Origin: a virus | Taxonomy: Duplodnaviria > Caudoviricetes | Length of the DNA stretch: 25,869 bases | Virus record (IMG/VR): IMGVR_UViG_3300005400_000006 | Coordinates: 1 to 25,869 of that record | Strand: one strand, 5' to 3' | Shown here: piece after piece, positions 25,503-25,869 of the stretch | Layout: each line of letters begins with the position of its first letter | How positions within the stretch are numbered: position 1 is the stretch's first letter | The notes under the pieces: generated by a model | Seen by the model: only the letters and a program-made list of their open reading frames with translations | Database searches by the model: none | Told to the model about the DNA's origin: nothing | Made by a program: the position numbers and the translations under genes

Positions 25503-25531
25503 ATCTTAGCACATATGGTATCGAAAGTCAA
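25503..25531 (-). promoter_or_regulatory. Leftward sigma70-type promoter
   Basis: Minus strand TTGACT-N17-TAAGAT with TGn extension. Confidence 0.65.
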
Positions 25532-25564
25532 GGAAAAACTCAGAAACTTCAAAAATTGTAATAT

Positions 25565-25593
25565 TTGACTTTTTTCGGTTTTTGAGTTATAAT
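25565..25593 (+). promoter_or_regulatory. Rightward sigma70-type promoter
   Basis: TTGACT-N17-TATAAT. Confidence 0.7.
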
Positions 25594-25595
25594 AA

Positions 25596-25646
25596 AAACT
25601 GAGAAAACTCAAAAAACTCAGAAACTCAAAAAACTTGGAAACTCAG
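25596..25646 (+). repeat. Tandem AAACT(CA) array, 8-9 bp period
   Basis: AAACT starts at 25596, 25605, 25614, 25622, 25631, 25639, flanked by two copies of TTTGACTTTTT..TTTTTGAGT. Confidence 0.8.
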
Positions 25647-25764
25647 AATTTTTCATAACTTATAACTTGAAGTTTTTTGACTTTTTCAGTTTTTTTGAGT
25701 ATTTCAGAGTTATAATTTGTTATAATCTCAGTAATTAACAGAATATATGTTAGTTTTTAACACA

Positions 25765-25850
25765 ATTTCCACAAGAAAGTAATACTTTTCCACAAGATAT
25801 AAAGAGAAAAGTATTATAAACACTGGAAAAGTGTTATAAACTGTGGAAAA
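25765..25850. promoter_or_regulatory. Second DnaA-box-like cluster
   Basis: ATTTCCACA 25765 (1 mismatch), TTTTCCACA 25786, TGTGGAAAA 25842. Confidence 0.55.
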
Positions 25851-25869
25851 ACTATTGAATATTATAATA

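Noticed and set aside
1-25869. tRNA, rRNA or intron
   Set aside because: No cloverleaf or T-loop GTTCRA context, no rRNA-like segment, and no interrupted gene was found by eye.

Overview
Fragment of a large T4-like (myovirus) phage genome, most consistent with a marine cyanophage. All credible genes are on the + strand. 1-15931 is a late tail module: the 3' ~8.4 kb of a giant fibre/structural gene that runs off the left edge, three tandem tail-collar fibre paralogues (the third with eight Ig-like repeats), and a tail-fibre assembly chaperone. 15928-23383 is a dense region of small genes driven by near-consensus sigma70 promoters. Three of these promoters have the -35 box inside an intrinsic terminator loop, two lie inside coding sequence, and four others carry a bipartite inverted-repeat motif at fixed spacing. 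This region includes a putative restriction-modification-like cassette (PD-(D/E)XK-like ORF, beta-class SPPY methyltransferase, second small PD-(D/E)XK nuclease) and a duplicated ~90-bp promoter cassette. An SF2 helicase and one hypothetical gene follow. The final ~520 bp are non-coding, with DnaA-box-like 9-mers, divergent promoters and short phased repeats (candidate origin). The most unusual window-wide signal is strong avoidance of all four GWWC tetramers (GAAC, GTTC, GATC, GTAC), visible as synonymous codon switching. Family assignments come from motif recognition by eye, and counts are approximate hand counts.
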